Source: a virus
Lineage: Duplodnaviria; Caudoviricetes
Reading direction: 5' to 3' (one strand)
DNA: 64,000 nt
IMG/VR virus record: IMGVR_UViG_3300021387_000334
Location: 9,028 to 73,027 of that record
A program made the position numbers and the translations under genes. This document shows positions 36,451-45,124 of this stretch, in pieces (position 1 is the stretch's first letter; every line of letters begins with the position of its first letter). The notes below the pieces were generated by a model that saw nothing but the letters and a program-made list of their open reading frames with translations, had not been told where the DNA came from and did no database searches.

Positions 36451-36810
36451 CTAAAACTTCTTAACGTACCCAATAACAAAGTCTATCGACTTCAAAATCT
36501 CTTCAACGTCCATATCACGATTATCCAGATTACGCAGACACCTCTGACACTTGCGCAACATCGCCAGATGGTGACGATTCTCCTGCACTGACACAAACTT
36601 ATCCGTTGTACACAAGTCCGAACAGTGCATTACACCGCTGGAATCACCTACGGCAGCACAAGAGCAATAACCCCAACCGTCAGTATCTTCAAACTTGAAC
36701 CAGCAACAGGCACCACAGACCTTCTCTATGCTATCTCCTTGTTCCATCTGCCACTCTCGTTGTTCTTGTAATTCCTCACATACCTCCCAGTGTAACTTCT
36801 CTGACACCAA
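36451..36810 (-). CDS. Cys-rich hypothetical protein
   Basis: CGACCW...YC...CSDLC; start uncertain. Confidence 0.6.
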   Translation of the reverse strand: MVSEKLHWEVCEELQEQREWQMEQGDSIEKVCGACCWFKFEDTDGWGYCSCAAVGDSSGVMHCSDLCTTDKFVSVQENRHHLAMLRKCQRCLRNLDNRDMDVEEILKSIDFVIGYVKKF

Positions 36811-37145
36811 GACTTTGACTTCTTCAATCCCAAAGACCTCGCCTTGTTGTGAACCAATGTATTGCTCACGCCAAGATGATCGGCAATGTCACAACCTGCC
36901 ATCGTACCATAATTATCCATCAGGTACTTCAACTCAGCATCAGTCCACATATGACCGGAACGACGAGGAGTCTTTGACAAGCCCAAAGACCGTGCCTTGG
37001 CACTCACCGCTGGAGCGGAAATGCCAAAATGTCTCGCTATGTCATCATTCGAATCGGTACAGAAATGCTCACACAAGTAACGAATGTCATCGTCACTCCA
37101 AACTAACTTACTATTCATGCCCTTACGGCGCGTATCTCTTGTCAT
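36726..37145 (-). CDS. Tandem HTH (Myb/GcrA-like) repeat protein
   Basis: Two W(S/T)DxxxxYL...DIAxHxGxS...KARSLGLxK repeats. Confidence 0.7.
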   Translation of the reverse strand: MTRDTRRKGMNSKLVWSDDDIRYLCEHFCTDSNDDIARHFGISAPAVSAKARSLGLSKTPRRSGHMWTDAELKYLMDNYGTMAGCDIADHLGVSNTLVHNKARSLGLKKSKSWCQRSYTGRYVRNYKNNESGRWNKEIA

Positions 37146-37287
37146 TTTCTAAATTTTATGGTGGTCAATGTTACTGAAAAGGGTGGTCAGTACCCCGGGG
37201 GTCGGGAAAAATCGTCGATGTGTCTGTACCTTTCTCTGCTGTACCTTGCGCGGGTGGTCGAGGCCCCGCCCCCCTTGGGGTCGCACC

Positions 37288-38040
37288 TCACCCCCCAATC
37301 ACACCCCTTGCACGCCTGCGTTCCTCTGCGGTAGCGGCTTCCGAAATCTTCCCCAATACACCATCACCGCCAAATACATCGCTCGAAATGTTAGGCTTCA
37401 CGCCCATGTCGGTGTCTATCTGCTCGGTTGTCTTCGGTATCTCCGTACCTTTATTATCTCCACCCGTGAGGGAGGTTGCTCCGTCAAGTGCGCTTCCTGC
37501 CTGCATGATGGCGTTAGATGCGTTCTGCGCTGCGGTTGTGATGTTCTGTGCCCTTTGCATCTCCCTATTCATATCCATCTGTGCATATTGCTGCTGCGCC
37601 CTTTGGTGCATTATGTCGGCATTACTTTTCCGTGCTTGGTCTGTGGCGGCTATATTGGCTATGGTGTCACCGACCATCTTATTTCCCGCATCCTTGGCCA
37701 TCTGTGCGGCTGATGCAGTGCCACCGCTGACCGCCTGCGCACCAGCAGCCTTGCGCCATTGCTCCTTCGCATAGTCCTTGGCACGTCTGACAAGGTTCTG
37801 CCCTGCTGCGGTATCAACATAGTCTTCATTATACCTCTTATTATACCATGCATCGTCCCTCGCTTCCTGCTTCCTCTGTCTTCTCTCTGCTGCGTTCGCT
37901 GCGGCAGAAGCCTTTGCACCGCCAAAGAGAGACGAGGCAAGTGCGCCTGCCGCACTGATGGCAGAGATAATCCATTGTTTGTGTGAAGGAGCAAAACTGA
38001 TGCCCATTCCTAACGGCTGATTTAATGCTTTTATGTTCAT
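37288..38040 (-). CDS. DNA pilot/ejection-type internal virion protein
   Basis: Hydrophobic Ala/Gly-rich N-terminus (ISAISAAGALASSLFGG) then A/Q helical region. Confidence 0.65.
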   Translation of the reverse strand: MNIKALNQPLGMGISFAPSHKQWIISAISAAGALASSLFGGAKASAAANAAERRQRKQEARDDAWYNKRYNEDYVDTAAGQNLVRRAKDYAKEQWRKAAGAQAVSGGTASAAQMAKDAGNKMVGDTIANIAATDQARKSNADIMHQRAQQQYAQMDMNREMQRAQNITTAAQNASNAIMQAGSALDGATSLTGGDNKGTEIPKTTEQIDTDMGVKPNISSDVFGGDGVLGKISEAATAEERRRARGVIGG

Positions 38041-38169
38041 AATGTTACCTATTTGTTACTTTTTCTGTTAGTAAATGACCGAAAACCCTTTGTGACAGGG
38101 CGTTTCAGCGCATTTTGACTAATCCCACAAGGATTCGAACCCATGACGCTGACGGCCTTTTCATGCGGG

Positions 38170-38212
38170 CAAAGATAGATGGTTTTTGAAAATGTTGCTC
38201 CGTGTCGTTACA
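38170..38212 (-). promoter_or_regulatory. Late promoter copy 5
   Basis: TGTAACGACACGG-N22-TATCTTTG-CCCG. Confidence 0.75.
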
Positions 38213-38496
38213 TAACACTTTTTAACTAAAATGTGTTATCGTAGCGGAATGGCGCTCCTTTATGCAATCGTTTGCACACTATACACTTTGTCTTATTCGC
38301 TTACTTTTGTCCGTTTTTCGGAACAAATTAATTTACAGAAAGTTAGTCTAAAACGTCCACTATGGTCTATACAAAATTTCTGTCATATTATTTTATTTTC
38401 CAACAATAAATGTTAATGAATGTTGATATAACGTTTTCAAATGCAAATTTAAATTAAATCTTTAATGATTTTGGTATAACGTATTCAATTAATATA

Positions 38497-38504
38497 TATC
38501 TTTG
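38497..38504 (+). promoter_or_regulatory. Early-region promoter -7 element
   Basis: TATCTTTG in AT-rich context upstream of a long leader. Confidence 0.6.
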
Positions 38505-38942
38505 CAAACGAAAAGCAGGGTCGGCTGCTTGAACAACGAGAACGGGGAACACCCCACCCACCTCCCAAAATAAGAGGTATTCTTTGACAGACTGACAAGA
38601 AAGGATGATGCAGGGGACACCCACCCGCAGACGGAAACGGGAGACAAGCCCTAAGAGAGTTGGGCAGGAATACGGGAAACGTGAGAGACAAGGTTTGGGC
38701 ATTAATGGAGATTGATACGGATTTCCGCATCTTAGTAAGGTTATAGCGAACGGGCAACGGATAGAGGATAATGCAGCGACAAGGGAGCAAGAGACATGGT
38801 GTTGAGCATTAAAAGTCCTGGGGTTTCCTCTTCCTCTGTTGTAATGCGGCCAACTTATATAATAATAGGTTGAGAGTTCAAAGCCGTCTATAAACGCAGA
38901 TGACAACAAGGATTTTTTATTCACTTTTAAATATTTACCAAT

Positions 38943-39092
38943 ATGAAAGATGTTATTATCAGTTATCGCCACACTCTGGGCGATGTTGTTCTTCCCTGCT
39001 ATGGTTGGGAGGTTGGTGCTATCTTAAGGAATCTTCTTTGTATGGCTATGAATGGTCACAAGTTCAGTAACGTAACGATTTCGAGAGTATGA
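38943..39092 (+). CDS. Small early protein (49 aa)
   Basis: MKDVIISYRH...; A-rich leader; coupled to next ORF; not in ORF track. Confidence 0.5.
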   Translation: MKDVIISYRHTLGDVVLPCYGWEVGAILRNLLCMAMNGHKFSNVTISRV

Positions 39093-39262
39093 GCACGGAG
39101 ATTTACAAGGGCGTTGAGATACGCAGATACGGCACAGAGCCGGGCGAGGGCGTTTATCCTTTATGCTTCACCGATGATTTGAGCGGCAGGAAATCTGTTA
39201 ATTGTCAGATTCACGATGATTTATTTTCTGCTATGGCCTATATAGATTCATTTAAGGGTTAA
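39089..39262 (+). CDS. Small early protein (57 aa)
   Basis: MSTEIYKGVEIRRY...; ATGA overlap. Confidence 0.55.
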   Translation: MSTEIYKGVEIRRYGTEPGEGVYPLCFTDDLSGRKSVNCQIHDDLFSAMAYIDSFKG

Positions 39263-39266
39263 GGAT

Positions 39267-39407
39267 ATGAAGAACGATTTGAAGAGACAAGTAGAGCGGG
39301 GAGAGGTTTCTCTCCGTTCTGCTGCATACAGACTGATGCGTGCAGGCAAATGCACTTTCCTGCCGAATGACAGAGAGGTTATAAGATTGTTACACATTGT
39401 TATATAA
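39267..39407 (+). CDS. Small early protein (46 aa)
   Basis: MKNDLKRQVERGEVSLRSAAYRL... Confidence 0.5.
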   Translation: MKNDLKRQVERGEVSLRSAAYRLMRAGKCTFLPNDREVIRLLHIVI

Positions 39408-39427
39408 TTATAGGAGATTAACAGATT

Positions 39428-39571
39428 ATGAGTGACAGAAAATGGCTTATATTGGGATGGGCACTGATGATTATCGGTGCAATCCTTTTTATTGTGGGTG
39501 TTATCGGGATGGTTCATCACTTTTCGGGTTCTCCATCCCTTGTTTATCAGTTTTTATCAAATAGGTTATGA
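39428..39571 (+). CDS. Small single-TM early protein (47 aa)
   Basis: WLILGWALMIIGAILFIVGVIG. Confidence 0.5.
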   Translation: MSDRKWLILGWALMIIGAILFIVGVIGMVHHFSGSPSLVYQFLSNRL

Positions 39572-39723
39572 GACTGACAAAGAAAGAGAAAGAGCAGGTT
39601 TATGAGGCGGTTGCGTATTATGATGATTTGGCACAAGCCAACAAGACAGACCGCACACCCGATGAGATTGAAGTGATTCACCAGGCATTTCTTAAATTGC
39701 GAATGGAGGTGAAAGGATATTAG
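39568..39723 (+). CDS. Small early protein (51 aa)
   Basis: MRLTKKEKEQVYEAV...; ATGA overlap. Confidence 0.55.
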   Translation: MRLTKKEKEQVYEAVAYYDDLAQANKTDRTPDEIEVIHQAFLKLRMEVKGY

Positions 39724-39737
39724 GGCAAATCCGTTAA

Positions 39738-39771
39738 AGGCGGTCAAGGGAGGTTCGATGCTTCCCTGCCT
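39738..39771 (+). ncRNA. tRNA-like minihelix 1
   Basis: AGGCGG-TCAAG-GGAGG-TTCGATG-CTTCC-CTGCCT. Confidence 0.4.
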
Positions 39772-39806
39772 GCAAATTTTAAGTTTAACTAATATTATTT
39801 TGAGTT

Positions 39807-40490
39807 ATGAAGAATTTACCTATTAGTTGTTGGGCGGCTGAAGATATTCCATCCAACAAGGCCGGAAATCTTGGCTACGATGCGTTAAGCAATGCGGAGT
39901 TACTTTCTATCATCATCGGTAGCGGCAATCGTGATTTGAACGCAGTTGAGTTGTCACGGCACATTCTTTCTTTGTGCGACAATAATCTCAACTCCCTTGC
40001 ACGCATTAATCAGCGTGATTTGCTTTGCCTTTCGGGGATGGGTCAAGTCAAGGTGGCAAGGATTATGGCTGCTATGGAATTGGGCAGGAGAAGAAAGGAC
40101 GAGAAAGAGCAGGAGAAGCCAAGACTTAATAATGCTCTGTCGATTTATAATCATTTCTCGTTTTTGGGCGATGTTGATATAGAAGAGTTTCATATTAGTC
40201 TCTTAAATCAGAATTGCAATGTGATAAAGGACGTTAGAATATCATACGGGGGACTTACAGAGACCGCAGTTGACGTGCGAATCATCATGAGGGAGTGTGT
40301 TGTCAATAACGCTACAACCTTGGTCTGTGTTCACAATCATCCGTCAGGATCTCTGTCACCATCAAAGGTCGATTGCGATTTAACCAATGTTATCGGGAAA
40401 GCATGTGACATTATGCGCATCAGATTGCTTGACCATGTTATCATAGGTCACGGGAACTATTATTCATTTCACGAAAATGGCAGAATTTAA
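39807..40490 (+). CDS. radC: RadC/JAB-domain protein
   Basis: LSNAELLSIII, HhH region, E..., HNHPSGSLSPSKVD, LLDHVIIG. Confidence 0.92.
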   Translation: MKNLPISCWAAEDIPSNKAGNLGYDALSNAELLSIIIGSGNRDLNAVELSRHILSLCDNNLNSLARINQRDLLCLSGMGQVKVARIMAAMELGRRRKDEKEQEKPRLNNALSIYNHFSFLGDVDIEEFHISLLNQNCNVIKDVRISYGGLTETAVDVRIIMRECVVNNATTLVCVHNHPSGSLSPSKVDCDLTNVIGKACDIMRIRLLDHVIIGHGNYYSFHENGRI

Positions 40491-40508
40491 ATTATAGGAG
40501 GTTTTATT

Positions 40509-40727
40509 ATGGCAATGACAAACAGAGAAATGTTAGAGAGTGCGTTGAAGAGAGTAAACGCAAAAGCAGGAACTAACGGCAAATTGTATCACGACAACAC
40601 TGGATGGTTTATCCGTAATCTTCCTTATAAGGAATCAAGATTATTTGATGAATCGTCCATGAGCGCAGGCGAGTTGCTTGCGTATCTGCATGGGATAGAG
40701 GATGCACTAAATTTCAAGGAGGTGTGA
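40509..40727 (+). CDS. Hypothetical early protein
   Basis: 72-aa ORF in coupled array. Confidence 0.65.
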   Translation: MAMTNREMLESALKRVNAKAGTNGKLYHDNTGWFIRNLPYKESRLFDESSMSAGELLAYLHGIEDALNFKEV

Positions 40728-40981
40728 TTATGATTACAAAGAATTTTATTCTAACAGACAAAGGTCGTAAGGCTGGGTATACTATTGATAATATCGTTCG
40801 TGAGGTTGACCATATAGTGTGTGCAACCGAGTATGACATTTACGGGCAAAGTTCGCTTTACGCAAATAGTTATTTTAAAGATAACTGCCTTGTTGGTGTA
40901 CGTATTTCTGCTGATGACGAAAGAGAAATTGATGCTTTTGTTAAGCATATGGTTAAACATGAATATTTAAAGGAGGATTGA
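40724..40981 (+). CDS. Hypothetical early protein
   Basis: 85-aa ORF, overlapping start/stop. Confidence 0.65.
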   Translation: MIMITKNFILTDKGRKAGYTIDNIVREVDHIVCATEYDIYGQSSLYANSYFKDNCLVGVRISADDEREIDAFVKHMVKHEYLKED

Positions 40982-41163
40982 TTATGGCACGTACATTCTA
41001 CGGAGAACAGATAAAGGTCTTGACAAAGGCTGTGGAGTTATGCAAAGAAGGGGGCTGTGATGGAGCAGTTCCCTTTATCATCAATCGTATAAGATGGATG
41101 CAGCGTAACGATTGGGAAATGTCAGAACCGAGTAATAAACCATCAAATTATGTAAGATTATGA
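40978..41163 (+). CDS. Hypothetical early protein
   Basis: 61-aa ORF, overlapping start/stop. Confidence 0.6.
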   Translation: MIMARTFYGEQIKVLTKAVELCKEGGCDGAVPFIINRIRWMQRNDWEMSEPSNKPSNYVRL

Positions 41164-41296
41164 TTTACAGAGATTTTAATGTCCGTATAGATAATTCGTT
41201 TTATCGTGATGGGCAACACGCAGTCAGTATCAGCAGAAGTGGCTGCAAACATTGGTTTGACACATTTACAATGGCAATTAAATTTATTAGAGCATT

Positions 41297-41713
41297 ATGA
41301 GCACAGAAGTATTAGAAAAGACCAACGCAGTTGACCTGCAACCATTGGCAGAGTTCATCAACGATGAGATTTTAGACATCGTTGACGAAGAGAGTATGAC
41401 CGCAGAGAGATTTGCTCAAATAGTACAGATTATCGGGAACAGAGTTCGTTTCTGTTCCCGTAACAAGGTGACCGATTTCTCTTTTAAGATGGGCGGCAAG
41501 GAATATGCAGTCCGAGTTAATAACCATCACAAAGGCTTTGTTTCTGTCACCAACGAGGACGGAGACACGGGGTTGAGCGAAACGGAGTTCTATCCGTTCT
41601 TTGAGAACGAAGACGGATGGTTCGCAGGTCTCTGCAACCTTGCACAGATGATAAACGAAGCGTGGTATCTTTGTACGGATAAAGGCGACAATCTTGGAGG
41701 AAGAGTGATATGA
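41297..41713 (+). CDS. Hypothetical acidic early protein
   Basis: 138 aa, D/E-rich. Confidence 0.7.
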   Translation: MSTEVLEKTNAVDLQPLAEFINDEILDIVDEESMTAERFAQIVQIIGNRVRFCSRNKVTDFSFKMGGKEYAVRVNNHHKGFVSVTNEDGDTGLSETEFYPFFENEDGWFAGLCNLAQMINEAWYLCTDKGDNLGGRVI

Positions 41714-41958
41714 AAATAGAGATTAAGTATATCTTCGAGTGTAAGGATGGCTTTAAGTTCGTCCGTGACACATTTGACGAGATTAGGCAGATTGTTGACG
41801 ATAATTACAGAGCCTTGCAGGATATGGCGAGGAATGGTGATTCAGTTAACATGACGATGGACTATAACAACAAGTATTTTCCCAAGGCAAGTATTTCGGC
41901 TTGCATTGGGGGAACTTGGAAGTATTACGAACTCCGCACAGAAGTTACGGAGATTTAA
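41710..41958 (+). CDS. Hypothetical early protein
   Basis: 82 aa; ATGA overlap. Confidence 0.65.
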   Translation: MKIEIKYIFECKDGFKFVRDTFDEIRQIVDDNYRALQDMARNGDSVNMTMDYNNKYFPKASISACIGGTWKYYELRTEVTEI

Positions 41959-41960
41959 TG

Positions 41961-42003
41961 ACCCTGCATGGTGCTTGCGTAGGTTCGACTCCTGCGCAGG
42001 GTA
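41961..42003 (+). ncRNA. tRNA-like minihelix 2
   Basis: ACCCTGC-11 nt-GTAGG-TTCGACT-CCTGC-GCAGGGT-A: 7-bp acceptor plus 5-bp T stem. Confidence 0.55.
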
Positions 42004-42035
42004 CGATTTATTGTTTAATTTTAAGTATATCAGTT

Positions 42036-42365
42036 ATGGACTACAATCAGTTTCAACCCGTAGAGGACATGAGCGAGGTAACTCATATCTTCAAGCAGAT
42101 TTTCGATGGAAAGAAATCATTTGGCACAGACACCGCCAAGATGGGATTCTTCCATGAACAGATGATGGCGGCAAAGGTCGAGGGCAATCAGATTATCTTC
42201 GCCCTGCCGTTCAATGGCCCTATGCTCAAGTTACGTGAGATTCTTGAAAAGGCTCACTACAACAAGACCGACTCTATCATGGTCACTTGTGATGTCAATG
42301 ACGACAACACGATTCTGACCGCTACGTTCTATTCCAAGGAGTACAAACTATTCATGGATTTTTAA
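42036..42365 (+). CDS. Hypothetical early protein
   Basis: Start ATG 42036 (MDYNQFQP). Confidence 0.65.
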   Translation: MDYNQFQPVEDMSEVTHIFKQIFDGKKSFGTDTAKMGFFHEQMMAAKVEGNQIIFALPFNGPMLKLREILEKAHYNKTDSIMVTCDVNDDNTILTATFYSKEYKLFMDF

Positions 42366-42367
42366 TT

Positions 42368-42748
42368 ATGAGTTTCAAGGAGATTATCAAAGCCCATCTT
42401 GATAAGATGGCAGAGCAGGACGAGGCATTTGCAGCCCGCTATGCTCTTGAAAGTAAGAGTTTGGACGCTTGCGTCAAGTATATCTTTTCCGAGGCACAGA
42501 AGCAGAAGTCAGGCAATTGTGCCGCTATCGAGGATGTAGTCGTGTATGGCTGGGCAGTCCACTACTACCAAGAGGATAACTTGATGATAGATGATGTCAA
42601 GGCCAAGGTTAAACATTCGTCCGACACCAAGCCAAAGGCAGAGAAGAAGCCCAAGGAGGTTAAGGAGATTAAGCCCATCAAGGCTCTTGTCAAGGATAAG
42701 AAGCATGATGACAAGTGTGTTCAGTTGGATTTATTTGGAGAATTCTGA
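42368..42748 (+). CDS. PcfK-like protein
   Basis: IKAHLDKMAEQD..KSLDACVKYI..VYGWAVHYYQED. Confidence 0.85.
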   Translation: MSFKEIIKAHLDKMAEQDEAFAARYALESKSLDACVKYIFSEAQKQKSGNCAAIEDVVVYGWAVHYYQEDNLMIDDVKAKVKHSSDTKPKAEKKPKEVKEIKPIKALVKDKKHDDKCVQLDLFGEF

Positions 42749-42750
42749 TT

Positions 42751-43935
42751 ATGAAAGCAAGAAACAAGTTTGAAAAGAGGGCTGCAGAGGTTAATGCCGT
42801 CCTCTCCGAGGATATTGCAGTCGCTGATTTGGAGTGGGCAAAGCATCTTGATTTGGATGGCTCTCCCTACGTCTACTTTACCATCTTCAGCAATATCTGT
42901 GAGTTTGAGGTTAATAGGGTCTATCGTCTGTATCGATACGATGATAAGTCCACCTCGCATTTCTTCTGCGTGGAGATTCTGCGAGAGTTCTCTGATGGCG
43001 AGAAGAAAGCCTATTTCAGCAAGAACCGCTTCGGAATGGGTGTCAGCTACTACGATTGCTTCTCGTTCGGCTCAGACATTGTTCTGAAAGACAATCGGAA
43101 GAACTATGCCGGCAATATGCTTTCCTATCTGATGGACTACTCCGTCGGCTCCCATGCTGAGAGTGACGGCAGTAGGGTGAAGTGCGAGCATAGAGACCCC
43201 AAGGAACTTGCACGCATCATCTGCAACAACCCCGTGGCCGAGACCATGTATAAGGAGAATAACCCGATGTTCCGCCATCTGATGCACCGCACATATCTGA
43301 AAGAGACCTGCCGAGCATACACCATAGCCAGGAGGCACGGCTTCGTGTTCGATGATTACTCCATCCCCCTTTGGCTCGATATGGTCTACGCCATCATCAT
43401 CTGCAAGAAAGATTGGCACAATCCTGTCTACATAGCCCCCAAGGATTTGTTGGCTAACCATGACCGATTCATCCGCATGATGATACGCAAGGAGCAGGAG
43501 AACAAGCTGGCCAAGGAGTACCGTAGACTCGAAAATGAGCGCAAGCAGCATAAGGCTTTGGACGAGCTTTACGTGGAGAAGCGGAAGAAGTTCTTCGGCA
43601 TGATTCTCGAAAGCGGAAGTCTGAGGATCCATGTTCTGCAAAGCGTTGACGAGTTCATGGATGAGGGCACACAGATGGAGCATTGCGTCTACAAGTGCCG
43701 CTATTGGGACATGAAGCAGCACCCTCATTCGCTGATTATGTCGGCCACCATCGGAGGCAACAGATGTGAGACAATTGAGGTTGACTTGAAAACCTACACG
43801 ATTGCCCAGTGCTACGGCAAGCATGACCTATTCACCAACTACCATCAGCAGATTGTTGATTTCGTCAACTCTCAGATGGACGTTATCAAGGCATATAACG
43901 AGAACAGAAAACGACAACTTAAAAAGGTAGCATGA
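42751..43935 (+). CDS. PcfJ-domain protein
   Basis: EGTQMEHCV...ETIEVDLKTYTIAQCYGKHD; follows PcfK. Confidence 0.85.
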   Translation: MKARNKFEKRAAEVNAVLSEDIAVADLEWAKHLDLDGSPYVYFTIFSNICEFEVNRVYRLYRYDDKSTSHFFCVEILREFSDGEKKAYFSKNRFGMGVSYYDCFSFGSDIVLKDNRKNYAGNMLSYLMDYSVGSHAESDGSRVKCEHRDPKELARIICNNPVAETMYKENNPMFRHLMHRTYLKETCRAYTIARRHGFVFDDYSIPLWLDMVYAIIICKKDWHNPVYIAPKDLLANHDRFIRMMIRKEQENKLAKEYRRLENERKQHKALDELYVEKRKKFFGMILESGSLRIHVLQSVDEFMDEGTQMEHCVYKCRYWDMKQHPHSLIMSATIGGNRCETIEVDLKTYTIAQCYGKHDLFTNYHQQIVDFVNSQMDVIKAYNENRKRQLKKVA

Positions 43936-44005
43936 CTATGAAGCGACTCATTATGACCATCCTCATCATCCTCTTTTTCCTCATCGGACTATTGAGCTGA
44001 ACTGA

Positions 44006-44045
44006 TAGCGATAAATAGCGATTAATATACGGCTATTTATCGCTA
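44006..44045. repeat. 14-bp perfect inverted repeat
   Basis: TAGCGATAAATAGC-N12-GCTATTTATCGCTA. Confidence 0.8.
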
Positions 44046-44104
44046 CCTATACAATAAATTGAAATCGTTATACGTTATTTAAATGGTATGAAACAATTCT
44101 GAAT

Positions 44105-44503
44105 ATGGAAGAAAATAAAGTATTCTCCAAGTCCGTCCTCATGAAGGATGGCACGGAACAATCGATCGAAGCAACCCGAAACGATATGGAAGCTTGGCTG
44201 AAAGAACACCGGAAGGCCAAGTACATCTGTCCTGACGATAAAGAACTATTTGAGCGTTATGCACACCTCTACGAAATGTACTACAACAAGACCCACCCCA
44301 AGCCAAAGGGTACAAGGGGTGGAGCGCGTGAGGGAGCAGGACGCAAGCCGAAAGGCGTTACAGAAAGACTACACTACGGATGGCGCGTCAGCCGTGACGT
44401 TTGGGAAATCCTGCAAAGACAGGATAACAAGACAGACTTTATCGAGAGTGCCATAAGAGCCTACGACAGAGCCATGCGTAACAGAAGAGGGGATGGTATC
44501 TAA
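44105..44503 (+). CDS. DNA-binding protein (GGxRxGAGRK motif plus RHH-like C-terminus)
   Basis: RGGAREGAGRKPK; WRVSRDVWEILQRQDNKTDFIESAIR. Confidence 0.7.
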   Translation: MEENKVFSKSVLMKDGTEQSIEATRNDMEAWLKEHRKAKYICPDDKELFERYAHLYEMYYNKTHPKPKGTRGGAREGAGRKPKGVTERLHYGWRVSRDVWEILQRQDNKTDFIESAIRAYDRAMRNRRGDGI

Positions 44504-44518
44504 GCCATCCCCTTTTTT
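44488..44518 (+). terminator. Intrinsic terminator of early operon
   Basis: AGGGGATGG-N8-CCATCCCCT-TTTTT. Confidence 0.75.
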
Positions 44519-44524
44519 GTGCCT

Positions 44525-44552
44525 ATCATTTTCGTGACCTTACGAAAATGAT
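44525..44552. repeat. 11-bp perfect inverted repeat
   Basis: ATCATTTTCGT-GACCTT-ACGAAAATGAT. Confidence 0.75.
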
Positions 44553-44674
44553 TCAAATACTTTTAAAGAATCTTAAAAGATTGCACAGAATGATGTAACT
44601 TACTGATTTTCTGTGTATCTTTGCACCATCCTAATTTTATCGTAAATGAAACAGAACAATTTTTTAATCAACAT

Positions 44675-44745
44675 TGCACGGCTGGTGTGGGTATCGGAAA
44701 CGACCCAATGCGCCACGATAACGCATAGGACACCTGTGCCGTGCA
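44675..44745 (+). ncRNA. Candidate multi-stem leader RNA
   Basis: After TATCTTTG (44616-44623): TGCACGGC/GCCGTGCA encloses a GAAA-capped hairpin and an ATGCG/CGCAT hairpin. Confidence 0.45.
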
Positions 44746-44775
44746 TATTTTATTCATCCTTTAATTTATCGTATT

Positions 44776-45078
44776 ATGTTAAGTTCAAAGTTAATCATCG
44801 CTCTTTGCGACACTGACGAAGAAGTCAACAAGTTCGTCCACATCAATCATCACGATTCCTTAGTCCCCTACATGAGGGATTTCTGCCTTGGCTACGACCA
44901 TCTGTGCGGAACACCTATTGCGGAAGGGAAGTATCTCATGACTGACGTTTCACTTGCAGGCATCACGCCCGATGTCCTCTTCGAGCGCACCCGCAAGGCT
45001 CATGGCCGAACCTACACAGACCGCTATTACGGCTATCTAATGGAGGACATGCAGCCGAAGAACTTGTTTGAAAAGTAG
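44776..45078 (+). CDS. Hypothetical protein in a stand-alone transcription unit
   Basis: 100 aa; own promoter and terminator. Confidence 0.65.
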   Translation: MLSSKLIIALCDTDEEVNKFVHINHHDSLVPYMRDFCLGYDHLCGTPIAEGKYLMTDVSLAGITPDVLFERTRKAHGRTYTDRYYGYLMEDMQPKNLFEK

Positions 45079-45124
45079 TACCACCCACTTGATTAAGACC
45101 CATTATGCAGAGTGCAGTCGGGAT

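Noticed and set aside
38119-38160. Third minihelix or tRNA fragment (GGGTTCGAATCC on minus strand)
   Set aside because: T-loop present, but the T stem pairs poorly and no acceptor partner was found
38454-38972. 172-aa and 101-aa minus-strand ORFs
   Set aside because: Atypical composition; overlap the early promoter and leader; no plausible start context
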